A DNA stretch of 63,503 bases, filler included, from Candidatus Woesearchaeota archaeon (lineage in GTDB: Archaea; Nanobdellota; Nanobdellia; Woesearchaeales; J072), in the NCBI GenBank assembly GCA_003695265.1. It is 4 parts of 4 records of this genome, joined end to end, with 100 filler letters (N's around TTAATTAATTAA, not from the genome) between each part and the next. Parts side by side here need not be neighbours in the genome. Positions count along the whole stretch, not along the records: positions 18,087 to 45,285 come from RFII01000077.1; 3 more parts are not named here. One strand, written 5' to 3'. Under the pieces are notes generated by a model, which ran no database searches, had not been told where the DNA came from, and saw only the letters and a program-made list of their open reading frames with translations. How positions within the stretch are numbered: position 1 is the stretch's first letter; each line of letters opens with the position of its first letter. Positions 18,089-28,464 of this stretch are shown here, in pieces. The translations under genes and the position numbers were made by a program.

Positions 18089-18208
18089 GATAAGAGTGAA
18101 TGTTGTTATTGTGGGAAAGAACACCCAACATGTGCATCTGACCCATTGACTATTAAGGAATTGTTTGATTTCTTTGGTTACAACCCGTTAACAGAATTAA
18201 GAAGATAA
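18089..18208 (+). CDS. Possible 3' end of a gene cut by the gap
   Basis: Open frame DKSECCYCGKEHPTCASDPLTIKELFDFFGYNPLTELRR* ending tail-to-tail with the 1787-aa gene. Confidence 0.4.
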   Translation, partial: DKSECCYCGKEHPTCASDPLTIKELFDFFGYNPLTELRR

Positions 18209-18209
18209 A

Positions 18210-21200
18210 TTAAGGAGTCCTTTTTTTACAGCAAACATAGTTTTCGTCACAATTTAATTTGTTTTCCTCTGCTTGTGAATTATCTCCTTTAATGAAAACA
18301 TCATACGGGCTTCTGCATGCGCTTAGAGTGCAAACGCCTTGCACGTTTGGCTGTTCGGGATCATTGCATTTTGGCGCGCAGCACGTATTGTATTTTGATG
18401 ATTTGCACAAAAATTCGTCGTCTCTGTCAGGGTTATAGTTGTATTCTTGCACGTTAATCGTGTTGCCAGTGCAGCTTCCTTGAGAGCAATTCCACCCGTT
18501 TTGCGGGCCGCACTTGCACGGCGCTTTTTGGCATCTGGTGCCGCAGCAAACCTCGTCAGAGCTGCAGTCAGCGTCTCTTTCGCACCTGTGGCCTCCCGCC
18601 CTAATGATTATTGGAATATCACCAATCTGTGGTTGGCCCATGTAAGTTATGAAGTCGCTCGGCCTGGAAAGCTCGCAGCTATTGCTATCAACAGGCTTCC
18701 TCCTAAGCTCGTAATGAACAATCCAGGTTTGGTCCTGCTCCTCAGGCTTTTCTATTGAGTCTATGTAAACGTTGTACTTGGCTGCTTTCATGCATTGAGG
18801 GTCAAAGTCAATGCCTGTTAGCTCAAAAGAGGCATCATTTATGCTGAACGTGCATTTCCCACCTGTACAAGCATCTGCCAGCCTTTTCCTTGGCCCTCCG
18901 TTTATGGAGTATTCGTCTTTTGAAGTTGGGCTGAGCTGGATTCCCAGCTTAGGATCATTCTTATTATCTGCCTCTTTGTCAAAGAACTTGATTTCCGCGT
19001 TTATCGGGTTGTTTCTTGGCTTGACAAGAGTTGCTGGGTTGTGGGTTAGTTTGTATCCCGTGTAGTCTTCTGAGGTTTTAGCCCTGCATTCATTCTTTTC
19101 TTTCATTTCTCTTCCTTCCCACACATACCTTGACTCGAACTCGTCTACTTTGCTCAGCCTAACATTATCAACAAGAGTGAGTGGGTTGTAGAGGTAGCTT
19201 CCGTTAACGCTTATTTCCTCAGTGAATCCTTGCCTTTCATCAACTTTTATGCCTGCGTTGTTCCTTACCTCCACGTACAAGCACACGTTCTCATTGCTTG
19301 GCTGCTTGTAAACGTTGTAAACAAACTTTATGTCATCCCCTTCGTAGTAGGTTTGCTCGCGCGTCGGCTCTATAGGAGCGCCTCCGACGAAGTGCGCTGA
19401 CGTTGCTCCAAGCCACGGAGCTCCTTCACCGCAGCTTATGTAGCCTCCTGTGGGGTCGAAAGTGCAGTCTATGAAATCATACAATGTTCTGTCCTTTATT
19501 GGGAAATAAAAGATGCCGACATTCCCTTCTAAGTGCTCTTCGCTGAAGCAGTCCTCTGCTGACTGCAGTGGCCCGTACTGGCTTCTTCCGCCGAGCTTTG
19601 GGTAAACCACCACTTTGTAATGATCGAACCTTCTCTGTGAGGGCACCACTTTAGAAGCGCCGCCATTAGCAGGGGTTCCCTGCTTTATGCTCCTGTCGCT
19701 GGTGTAGAATAATTGCTGGTAGCTTCCTGACCCCAAGTCGAGGCAGTCGCAGCCTCTCGTGTTGAAAGGGTCGTTTGCTGCAAGCCAGCTGCAGTCTATT
19801 CCGTTGTCGTAGTACTTTGCTTCTTCTTCTGCTGTGACGCATGACAAATAAATGTCGAAGTGGTCTATGTCGCATCCGGGCATTATCCACCAGCCAGCCC
19901 TGTACTCATAAGTCGTGCTTCCGTCAACAGGGTTTATGTTTGTTAGCCTCCTGTTGCTTTCTATCATGTTGAACCCTGTCTCGTAATTAAGCTGGTAGGC
20001 AGTGTCTGCCAGGCCCTTCCAATTCAGGTCCCAGTCACTGAACAATGCTCCTAAGCAGATTTTTCTTGCAACGTTTTCCTCGCTCAATCCGAGGAAATCG
20101 CTTAGCACCGCGTTGTTGTAATCCTCTCCTATTTCCTGTCCTAATTCGTTTACGCCGTCAAACACCGCGCTGAACCCAGTCCTGACAGCAGCTATTACTT
20201 TGTTTTCCTCGTTTTCCGTGTCTGGCCCGCGGAAAACGTCTGATGACTTGCAGCTTCCCTTAACCATGGAGATTAGGTTGTACATTGAGTCGCACACGTA
20301 CTGTGTCATTAGCTCTTTGCACAATCCAGCGTCTGCGTCCCCTCTAACTTTAACTTCTTGCAAGCAGCCTTCCATCGCAGCAAGAAAATTCTTCCAGTAC
20401 TCGATCCTCTTGTACACTAAGCCTACTGCGCCGCACTGCATTGAAAGCCAGAAGCTGTCTTTCGGATCAAGCATTAATGTCTCGTTTTCTTTTCCGAACA
20501 GCTGCCAGAACAAATGATTAGTGCCGAAGCACGCGGGCGCGTCCCTTCCAGCGTAGTACCTGTAAGGGTTGTACAGGTAAGGTCCTGTGCCTGTTTCGCG
20601 CCACCCAGTTATTTCGCCGTTTTGAATGTGAGGCCTTAGCTTCCAGTAGCGGTAATCCCACTCAACATTATCATCTGAGTTTGCTTTATAGTCATAGTAT
20701 GCTGAGTTGTCGTATTCTGAGCTCTTGTCGCTTATGCAGCAGCACTCAACGCTGTCACCAGGATTTTCTTTAGGATCAAAGCATTTTTTGTTTCCTTCAA
20801 CACCAGGTGTTCCATCAAGGCTCGTGTAGCCTGCAGGAACCCTTATTTTTTCTTCGCCAAAACCTGTGCATTCGCTGCTCTTCATGCACTCTCCTCTCTC
20901 ATATTCTATCGGCGAGATTCTCGTGCAGTACTCGTTGCAGCTGAAAGGCCTCGGCGCTAAAAACCTGTCATCAGTACTTCCTGGTAAGACTGCCAAGCAT
21001 TTTGGGGGATTTGTTGGTAAGCTTGACTGCGGCTCATAGCCCTTGTCAACCCTCCAAAGCCACACAATGCCTTTATCAGAGTCAGAACTGGGGCATTTGT
21101 CTTGCGGAGCAACAACGTAGCTCCCTATCTCCTCAACCCCTCTCCTGCTTTGTTTTGTGTATCGCCAGCAGCCCCTCCTGCTGTCAAAGCCTTCTTGCTT

Positions 21201-23573
21201 GGCAGCATCGTTGAATTCCTCGCAACTAGGAAACTTAACAAGGTAATACCCTTTCTCATCCACATCACACTCTTTTTTGTACTGCTTTATGAGTGCCTGG
21301 TCGATTTCTGAATTTGTTTTTTGCTGCGTCCATCTTGACGGCGCGTTATGGCCGAACAATCTGTCACATGTGAACCTGTATGCTGTGTAGAGCTTGCCTT
21401 CTGCCTTCCACGCTGAGGAGCAGCCGCCGTAGCATTTCTCAAGGCATTCATTGCTTAACCTGTTGGGGTCTGGCTTGTTTTTTGAAAGCTCAGCCTGATC
21501 ATTAGCGCTTGAGCATTCTTGAGTGTTTTTGCACTGGTCTTCTGGCGGCGGCCCTGTCCATTTAGCCCAGCCGCACCTGAACCTCCTATAAATAGAGAAA
21601 GCAAGCCTGGCCAGTATTCCTATGCCGCACGCCTTTGAAGTGTATTCTATTAATGGCTGAATTGTGTCCATCAGTTTCTGCAGGTTCTCTTTCTGCTTGC
21701 TTATGAATTCCAGGCCCTCATTGAAAACCCAGCCCGGCAGCTCGCTCGGGTTGAACCTTGCGCTGTCTAAAGTATAAGTAACTTCTGTGCATATGTTTTG
21801 GGTTCCTGTTTTTCTGTGGCCTGCAACGTCCTCGTACTCGTAAGTAACCCTGACTTCCAGCGGAAAGGTTATTTCGTTTGACACCGCTTCTAAGTATGAC
21901 TTAAGATTATCACTGTCCAAGAATTCGCTAAGGTCTCTTAAAGGCCTGAGGTTTGGCCATTGAACCCACCAAATCCTGCCCTGGTCGTCAAGCATTTGCG
22001 CCCTGCCAGCTGTTGTCATTAGCTGGCAGCTCAGGTTGTATCGGTCTCCCTTAAAGTAGCGGTTGCATATCGGTGTTACTTGGACTCCTTTAATAACCTC
22101 ATAATTGTAAGATGTCATAGGCGTGAACTCAAGATATATTGAAAGGCTTTCAGTGCCGTCCTCAATCCTCTCAACGCTTAATGGGTTTGGGGTTTGGTAT
22201 TCTATTAGGTTTCGCACGTTCCAGTGGTACTCGCCTGAGCCGCACGGCGATACTGTGTAGCTGAAAGAGGCTGGCTCTCCTTTCAGGCCGTACTCGTCCC
22301 AAGCAGTTAAAGTTATTGGAATGCTTTTTGTAATCTGGTCGAATTCAGTGCTTTCTTCTCCAGCAGTCACTTCTCTCGGCCATGAGCCTCCATAAGCTAA
22401 GGTGAGGTCAACATCCTTAAACTCGAAATCGCCGTTCTCGTCGGCTGTGACTGTCTCATTGTAAGGCTCTGAAGCTCCTCCAACTCCGATCTGCCTTCCA
22501 GACTGGTTTCTCAGGAAGAACAGGTTTACCCTGGCGTTGGGCTCTGTCTTCCCCTTTATGTCAATATTATCAGCTTGGTCCTCTGAAATCACAGCCCTGT
22601 CAGGTGGTATTATGCTGCTGTGGTTTATTTCCGCGCCGTGCTTGTCAACGATTGTTGAGTTTGTTATGGAAACGCTGTTCCCTGCCAGGTCAAACCCAGT
22701 CACTGTTATTGTGTAAGAATTGTCTTCTTCGCCGAGCCTTACAGTGTCCTCGAAACTGCCCGTCACATTAGTTATTGTTCTGTTGTAGCCGCTGCTCGCC
22801 TCTATTTTTATCATACCGGGCAAATAAGCGTCGCTCAAAGTCCCGGTGAGGTTGAATTCTGACGAGTTAATAATTACTTTGGGGATTTCGCTTATGCTCA
22901 GCACTGGCTCTTCAAAGTCAACTCTTATGTTAAACGTTGTTTCATTCTCATTATTGGAGCTGTCCTTGGAGTAAATCCTCACTTGGTTCACGGTTTGGTC
23001 AAGCTCAATTCTGGGAAAGTTGAAAGTGCCTGAGCTTCCTGTCTGCTCAGCAGTTGACCTCGCCTTGACAATCCCGTTAACGTAAACTATCACTAGTGAG
23101 TTCGGCTCTGTCCTCCCGAAAATTCTTATTTTGTCATCATTAGCGTAGTAATAGTTGTTGTAGAAGTTCGCGGAAACGTTAAAGTCAATAAAAGGAGGCT
23201 GGGTGTCATCACTAACAGGAGTAAAATTGTACTGTGGTGTCACATAACAAGTGTCGTTTGGCAGGCAGGAGCTCAGCTGGTAAAAGTATTCCTGCCCTGT
23301 TATTAGAGGGCTTATGCTAATCGAATGCTCAGTAACAAGCGAGCTGTTTCCGGCTGTGCTGTCTAAGGCTCCAATACCATAGCTTACTGATGAGTTTGAT
23401 GCTTCGTCTGTTTCCCAATTAATCGTTGCGGAGCTTCCTGAAAAAGAAATATTGTTATCAGGACTGTGGGTTATGCTCAGCGCGTAGGCTGTTTCAACGC
23501 TAAGGAAGACTAAAAGGGTTATTAAAGCTAATGCAATGCTTTGCCTCACCTTCTTTTTCATAACATTACTCAT
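18210..23573 (-). CDS. Giant (1787 aa) secreted protein with FN3/Ig-like N-terminus and Cys-rich modules
   Basis: Signal peptide ending AYA; ATINWETDEASNSSVSYG (FN3-like); two G(R/K)TEPN Ig-like repeats; many Cys and N-x-S/T sequons. Confidence 0.85.
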   Translation of the reverse strand: MSNVMKKKVRQSIALALITLLVFLSVETAYALSITHSPDNNISFSGSSATINWETDEASNSSVSYGIGALDSTAGNSSLVTEHSISISPLITGQEYFYQLSSCLPNDTCYVTPQYNFTPVSDDTQPPFIDFNVSANFYNNYYYANDDKIRIFGRTEPNSLVIVYVNGIVKARSTAEQTGSSGTFNFPRIELDQTVNQVRIYSKDSSNNENETTFNIRVDFEEPVLSISEIPKVIINSSEFNLTGTLSDAYLPGMIKIEASSGYNRTITNVTGSFEDTVRLGEEDNSYTITVTGFDLAGNSVSITNSTIVDKHGAEINHSSIIPPDRAVISEDQADNIDIKGKTEPNARVNLFFLRNQSGRQIGVGGASEPYNETVTADENGDFEFKDVDLTLAYGGSWPREVTAGEESTEFDQITKSIPITLTAWDEYGLKGEPASFSYTVSPCGSGEYHWNVRNLIEYQTPNPLSVERIEDGTESLSIYLEFTPMTSYNYEVIKGVQVTPICNRYFKGDRYNLSCQLMTTAGRAQMLDDQGRIWWVQWPNLRPLRDLSEFLDSDNLKSYLEAVSNEITFPLEVRVTYEYEDVAGHRKTGTQNICTEVTYTLDSARFNPSELPGWVFNEGLEFISKQKENLQKLMDTIQPLIEYTSKACGIGILARLAFSIYRRFRCGWAKWTGPPPEDQCKNTQECSSANDQAELSKNKPDPNRLSNECLEKCYGGCSSAWKAEGKLYTAYRFTCDRLFGHNAPSRWTQQKTNSEIDQALIKQYKKECDVDEKGYYLVKFPSCEEFNDAAKQEGFDSRRGCWRYTKQSRRGVEEIGSYVVAPQDKCPSSDSDKGIVWLWRVDKGYEPQSSLPTNPPKCLAVLPGSTDDRFLAPRPFSCNEYCTRISPIEYERGECMKSSECTGFGEEKIRVPAGYTSLDGTPGVEGNKKCFDPKENPGDSVECCCISDKSSEYDNSAYYDYKANSDDNVEWDYRYWKLRPHIQNGEITGWRETGTGPYLYNPYRYYAGRDAPACFGTNHLFWQLFGKENETLMLDPKDSFWLSMQCGAVGLVYKRIEYWKNFLAAMEGCLQEVKVRGDADAGLCKELMTQYVCDSMYNLISMVKGSCKSSDVFRGPDTENEENKVIAAVRTGFSAVFDGVNELGQEIGEDYNNAVLSDFLGLSEENVARKICLGALFSDWDLNWKGLADTAYQLNYETGFNMIESNRRLTNINPVDGSTTYEYRAGWWIMPGCDIDHFDIYLSCVTAEEEAKYYDNGIDCSWLAANDPFNTRGCDCLDLGSGSYQQLFYTSDRSIKQGTPANGGASKVVPSQRRFDHYKVVVYPKLGGRSQYGPLQSAEDCFSEEHLEGNVGIFYFPIKDRTLYDFIDCTFDPTGGYISCGEGAPWLGATSAHFVGGAPIEPTREQTYYEGDDIKFVYNVYKQPSNENVCLYVEVRNNAGIKVDERQGFTEEISVNGSYLYNPLTLVDNVRLSKVDEFESRYVWEGREMKEKNECRAKTSEDYTGYKLTHNPATLVKPRNNPINAEIKFFDKEADNKNDPKLGIQLSPTSKDEYSINGGPRKRLADACTGGKCTFSINDASFELTGIDFDPQCMKAAKYNVYIDSIEKPEEQDQTWIVHYELRRKPVDSNSCELSRPSDFITYMGQPQIGDIPIIIRAGGHRCERDADCSSDEVCCGTRCQKAPCKCGPQNGWNCSQGSCTGNTINVQEYNYNPDRDDEFLCKSSKYNTCCAPKCNDPEQPNVQGVCTLSACRSPYDVFIKGDNSQAEENKLNCDENYVCCKKRTP

Positions 23574-23595
23574 TTTTTATTGTTGTTTAAATATT

Positions 23596-25461
23596 TTATG
23601 TGAGCTCGGGCGCTGAAACGTTAAGCGAATAAGATGGGAGTCCTGAGAAGAACAAAAACTGCTCTTCCTCTGAGCCCTCAAAGCCAACGACGTGGAAGGT
23701 TATCTTGTCAGAGTTCTCTAAATCAGGCCATGGGACATTCCACTGCCTTGAAAGGCCTCCTGTGAGTGTTTCGTTCTCAAAAACGTAGATTGTGAGGTTG
23801 TAAGTGAAGTCATCATCTGCCAGAAGCGTTAGCGGGAAGTCTGAGCTGTTCGGCAGTATTGAGAAGGTGTCATAAGAGTTGTCCGCAGCCACTATTTGTA
23901 TCAGCGCTGTCTCGTTCTCGCTGAGCTCTTCTGTTCTTGACACGTCATTAATGTCATGCTTTATTATCTCAATGTCCTTTATCCTTTTTATTGGGGTGAG
24001 CATTAGGTCGTAAGTGTTGTCCATGTTTGAGTTTATGAACATCTCCTTTTCCAAGTATCCATCGGCCTTCCCCCTTACGATTCCCCTTATGCAGTACGGG
24101 AATTTTTTTGCGAGAGCGTATGCTCCGCCGTGCCAGTCGCTTTGGCCCATTTCGCATGTGTAAGGGCCGCACGTGAAGCTTATGTTTACGTCATCAACGT
24201 ACTCGCCTGTCCTCTCATTGACAGTGTAAATTATTAGGCCGTTTCTCACGTCATTGCAGTATTCCTCGTTCGTAACAGTGTCTGCTGCTTCGAAAACGCT
24301 TCTTCCCAGGTTTTGCCTGTCCGGCCTGTTGTGGTTTATTGAAACCTTGAAAGCAAAATTGAATGAGTAAGCCTCGTGCTCGTCTGTCTTTGAGTCTGTT
24401 ATTGTGACTCTGACAGGGTACTCTATGTCATAAGTGAAGTGCCACAGGCTAACACAAACCCATTTTAGAAGGTCTTGGCCTGGAAGCGTGTTTGACTTCA
24501 ATAACAAGCCGTTGCTCGGCCTAGCGTAGAGGTCGAAAGGCCAGTCCATTTGGTGCTGGAAAGCAACTCTGAAGTCATACTGCGAGTCCGTAAAGTTGAG
24601 GTAGAAGTGGTTTTTCATGTAATCTGTGTCCTGACCTGCTATTTCGTCAGGAATCGGCGTGTACTTAGTGCCTGCAACTTTCACGTATGGCAGGTTATAA
24701 TGCATTAATCTTTGAAGCTCTTTCTTAACGTCAAGCATGTTCCACTCCTTTCCGCCACAATCAATGTCATAACCCATTAAGGGTATTCTGTCCTCGTCCA
24801 AGCCCACAAAGTCCATTGTTCTTTTCTCAAAAAACGCGTAGGAGTTCTCTGCTTCCATTATTTTTGTGGCGAGCTCGTACATTTTCTTTAGCCTTACATT
24901 AACAACTCCATGGAAGTCCTCAACCACGATTGATTTCAGGCCCTGCTTGTTTCTGAACTCGAGCGGGTAATGAACATTAACCACCACGTTCTCATTCGCT
25001 ATGGTTGTTTGCGCGCTTATGTTGCCCAGCTCCACAACGTAGTACTGGCCTTTGAAAGCTGTGAGGTTTTCCAGGCAGGATGGCATTGTTTCCTCAACAA
25101 AGATGCTTATGTCGCGCTGCATTCTCTCAATGCTTGGAGTCTGGTTCACGCCCTCGTAAAACCAGTAGGGCATTTTCATCAAGCCGTTAGGAGCAATCGA
25201 CAAGTAGCTTAGAGGATTCTGCTCTATTCGCTGCGGAAAGTAGATGAAGCCTGACTGCATTCCAAGCCTAGTCACTGCCTCAAAAGCCTTTTCCTCAGCG
25301 CAACTCTCAACATAGCCTATCATTGGCTGGAGCTCGGCAGGGATTATCTGCTCTGGCTTGAAGTACTGGCTCTCGTTCCTCACGTAAACAACAATGAATA
25401 AAGATATTAAAAGGATTATTCCGATGATTATAAAAGCTGTTATCTGCGCTTTTCTTCCCAT
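23596..25461 (-). CDS. Large pilin-like protein with class III signal peptide (621 aa)
   Basis: MGRKA|QITAFIIIGIILL; YVESC...LGMQSGFI and PYW motifs shared with 26168..28459. Confidence 0.82.
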   Translation of the reverse strand: MGRKAQITAFIIIGIILLISLFIVVYVRNESQYFKPEQIIPAELQPMIGYVESCAEEKAFEAVTRLGMQSGFIYFPQRIEQNPLSYLSIAPNGLMKMPYWFYEGVNQTPSIERMQRDISIFVEETMPSCLENLTAFKGQYYVVELGNISAQTTIANENVVVNVHYPLEFRNKQGLKSIVVEDFHGVVNVRLKKMYELATKIMEAENSYAFFEKRTMDFVGLDEDRIPLMGYDIDCGGKEWNMLDVKKELQRLMHYNLPYVKVAGTKYTPIPDEIAGQDTDYMKNHFYLNFTDSQYDFRVAFQHQMDWPFDLYARPSNGLLLKSNTLPGQDLLKWVCVSLWHFTYDIEYPVRVTITDSKTDEHEAYSFNFAFKVSINHNRPDRQNLGRSVFEAADTVTNEEYCNDVRNGLIIYTVNERTGEYVDDVNISFTCGPYTCEMGQSDWHGGAYALAKKFPYCIRGIVRGKADGYLEKEMFINSNMDNTYDLMLTPIKRIKDIEIIKHDINDVSRTEELSENETALIQIVAADNSYDTFSILPNSSDFPLTLLADDDFTYNLTIYVFENETLTGGLSRQWNVPWPDLENSDKITFHVVGFEGSEEEQFLFFSGLPSYSLNVSAPELT

Positions 25462-26171
25462 CTCATAATCCTCCTTGTAGTATTATAAAAGTAGAACCTG
25501 AACCACACACTGTATAGAAAGAATAAAAGCATTGTGGCGTAAGAGCCGTTGTAAAGCCCGTCTAAGTAATTGCCGAGCATGCCAATGAGTGTTAGTATTA
25601 TTATTGCGAAAGCAAAAGGGATAATATAATATACTAGTTTTGTTGCTCCGATTTTAAAGCTTTGCCACACCGCTTTTATTGAGTCAGTCCTCGCGAGCAA
25701 GACTGACATCACATTAGTAAAGTACACGAGAATAATAAACAATGTAAGCATAGCTCCTGTGCTTATGTCAGTTATTAGGGAAAGAAGGTAAATCAGCACA
25801 GCCCATAAGATTATCCAGGAAAGGCTTGCAAGGAAGAAAGCGTAAAATGTTTTTGCAGAGTATTTTTTGTGTGTGATTATCTTCCAAACCTTGGCCTTGA
25901 AAAAAGCTACTGCTGCCAGAAAGATTATTAAGGCTAAGAACACGTAAGCCACGACAACAGAGGCTGCTTTTTGCAGGCTCATTGTCTGAATGTCAGCCTC
26001 TGAGAAAATGCTTTGCAGGCCTAAGTTCATGATGCTCAGCACTAAGAACGAGAAAATGTAGAACGCGATGTCAAGCAACGCTGCAATGCCGTAATCCTTG
26101 TTAATCCTTCTGAAAGAGCTGTAAAGCCCTTCTATTTCCCTTATTACGTAAGATTTTTTTTTCTTTTTCAT
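25440..26171 (-). CDS. Polytopic membrane protein (about 6 TM)
   Basis: Hydrophobic segments throughout; ATGA overlap with the upstream gene. Confidence 0.78.
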   Translation of the reverse strand: MKKKKKSYVIREIEGLYSSFRRINKDYGIAALLDIAFYIFSFLVLSIMNLGLQSIFSEADIQTMSLQKAASVVVAYVFLALIIFLAAVAFFKAKVWKIITHKKYSAKTFYAFFLASLSWIILWAVLIYLLSLITDISTGAMLTLFIILVYFTNVMSVLLARTDSIKAVWQSFKIGATKLVYYIIPFAFAIIILTLIGMLGNYLDGLYNGSYATMLLFFLYSVWFRFYFYNTTRRIMRWEEKRR

Positions 26172-28459
26172 TCGAACATCGGCTTTAACAATTCATTGTT
26201 TTGCTCTGAGTACTCCTGCAGGTTTTTCATATTAAGCATTTCATCCCAGCTGCTCGGCACTCCAAAGTCGAAAACGTACAGTGTCATGTTTTGTTTGCCT
26301 GAGTAAAGGTCTGACTTATAAATTGTTATGTTTGCCAGGCCTCCTCCTGAAGGCCATCCTGTTTGGTTGAGCTCAGGGTACTCTGTTGTCTGGTGGTCAA
26401 CGCAAACGCCCAATATCTTTGTAACGCAGTCCTCGCGGGTTTCAGCAGGAATGTACACTTCGCCATTGTAGTAAAGGTAAGCAACGTACCTGTAAGTTCC
26501 AGGCACGAGGTTGAACGAATAATTTTCCAATGGTATTGTTATGTTCTCATGAGACATTTTATCAAGGTTATTGATCATTTCCTCGTATTCCCCTCTGGTA
26601 ATGCTTCCGTTAGCGTACATTTCATCATAAGCCTGCCTTTGAGCTTCGTAATCAACGTTTATGGGACTTTCTTCTGTCTGGTACCAGATGAAGCTTATCA
26701 GCGGCACGTCTGTCTCGTCAGGATCCTCTTTCACGCGCTGCATCGTAATAGAAACTTTGTCAAGCTCGCCAAGCTCAGTAGCTGCTTCTTTTTTCATCCT
26801 GTAATACTCTGCAGGGCTTGAAGGGTACGGGTCAGGGTAAAGCACTTGGCTTACTAAGTCCTCAGTCCTTTTCTTTACTTTAATATTTATTTCCTTGAAA
26901 GGCCAGAGCTCAAAAGTGAAGCTTTCAGGAGGGCCCTCTTCTAAGTTGTTGAAAAGGATTGGCTTGCTGAAGTAGCCTTGCTTCTCAGCTATTATTTTGC
27001 CGCCGAAAGCGCAGTAAGGGAAATTCGCAGTTAATGCTGCTTGTCCTCCGCTGAGCTCTGTTTCTCCTATGAACACGCGCTGCCCGCACCTGTAGTATAT
27101 CCTTACTCCCACGAGCTCTGAGTCGTCAAGCGCGTTTATTGTCCTCACAGTAATTGACTTGTTTATTAGCTGTCCCGGGTCGTTAATGCTGATAGGAGAA
27201 ACATATGCTGTAACATTGCTCAAGGCTTCTGCCCTTACAGGCTCGTTGTTGATTATGTTGGCTTCTAAAGCAACGTAAAACTCTAAGCCGCGGTTGTTGA
27301 AAGCGTAAGGGTCGTAAAGCCTCATGATAACAGGGAATGAAACGTCGTACTTTACGCGCTCGTCTTTCAGTGACAGGCCGATGAACCTTGTTATGAAGTT
27401 TGAGGGTATTATGTCTGGAGGAATGTAAACTTCTGAGTCTCCAATGCTTACATGTATTGGGGTGTCGGGAGGGTAAAAGAAGCTTACTGCATAGGGGTGT
27501 TGCTTGTCATCATCAGGCATTCTGACAAGCATCATCTTGTATATTCCACTTCTCAAAGGATCTGAGAAACTGTTGGAAAGGCTTGGGTCGTTGTTCAGGG
27601 CGTTCGTGATTTTTACAATCCTTAACAGGTCAAGAATCTCATCCCTTATTATTTGCTCAACAACGTGCCTGACGTAGATGTGGATGTTGTCTCCTAATGT
27701 TAATCCGCTCATCTCAGGAAGGTCAGAGCCTGCTCCAGCGTACAGCACTATTAAGTCCTTTACAATGTTCTCTATGAAAGTGCTCTCACGCTCAAAATTG
27801 ATTATTTCTGTTGCGAAATCCCACAAGCCTTTCAGGTTGACGTCAGCATTCCTAACGAACTTTGAGACTGAGTAAGTTGTTGGGGAGCCTTTCACATTCA
27901 CTTGTAAAGGGTAGTTAACCTTGAACACCACGTTGTTTTTTGTTATCTTAACATCTGTTTTTACTACGCCTTCGCTCACCTCGAACTGCTCAAAGTCAGA
28001 AAAGCCGCGCGTGCACGCCTTTAAGTTCGCGTTCATGTAGTGCTCGAGCTGTGACTCAACAGAGTTGTCGCCGTCAGAGACTTTCTTGAGGCTAGGCCTG
28101 TTGGACCTCACAACAAAATTGTTGTCCACGTAATGCCAGTACGGCAGGTACTGCGGCTCATAAATCAAGACGTCTGAATCAACCGCGAAAGGAGATATTT
28201 CAAGGTCTGAGGGAATGTCCACTGGGTTGATGTAGCCGCCGCCCATTCCGAGCTGCTGTATTGCCTCATACGCAACAGAGTCAATGCACTTGTCAACAAA
28301 CTCCTTTACCGGCTGGATTTCGTAAGGCACTTCCTCTCCTTTTTCAACGCCGGGCTTTAAGCTGCCTATGTTGCCTCTTATGAAAAGGATTACTGCTGTT
28401 GAGAATACTAAGACTATGCCTATTATCAAAAACAGTGTTATCTGACCTCTTTTTTTCAT
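26168..28459 (-). CDS. Large pilin-like protein with class III signal peptide (763 aa)
   Basis: MKKRG|QITLFLIIGIVLV; FVDKC...LGMGGGYI, PYW, YDVSFPV and FPYC..G motifs; paralog of 23596..25461. Confidence 0.82.
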   Translation of the reverse strand: MKKRGQITLFLIIGIVLVFSTAVILFIRGNIGSLKPGVEKGEEVPYEIQPVKEFVDKCIDSVAYEAIQQLGMGGGYINPVDIPSDLEISPFAVDSDVLIYEPQYLPYWHYVDNNFVVRSNRPSLKKVSDGDNSVESQLEHYMNANLKACTRGFSDFEQFEVSEGVVKTDVKITKNNVVFKVNYPLQVNVKGSPTTYSVSKFVRNADVNLKGLWDFATEIINFERESTFIENIVKDLIVLYAGAGSDLPEMSGLTLGDNIHIYVRHVVEQIIRDEILDLLRIVKITNALNNDPSLSNSFSDPLRSGIYKMMLVRMPDDDKQHPYAVSFFYPPDTPIHVSIGDSEVYIPPDIIPSNFITRFIGLSLKDERVKYDVSFPVIMRLYDPYAFNNRGLEFYVALEANIINNEPVRAEALSNVTAYVSPISINDPGQLINKSITVRTINALDDSELVGVRIYYRCGQRVFIGETELSGGQAALTANFPYCAFGGKIIAEKQGYFSKPILFNNLEEGPPESFTFELWPFKEINIKVKKRTEDLVSQVLYPDPYPSSPAEYYRMKKEAATELGELDKVSITMQRVKEDPDETDVPLISFIWYQTEESPINVDYEAQRQAYDEMYANGSITRGEYEEMINNLDKMSHENITIPLENYSFNLVPGTYRYVAYLYYNGEVYIPAETREDCVTKILGVCVDHQTTEYPELNQTGWPSGGGLANITIYKSDLYSGKQNMTLYVFDFGVPSSWDEMLNMKNLQEYSEQNNELLKPMFE

Positions 28460-28464
28460 TTTGA

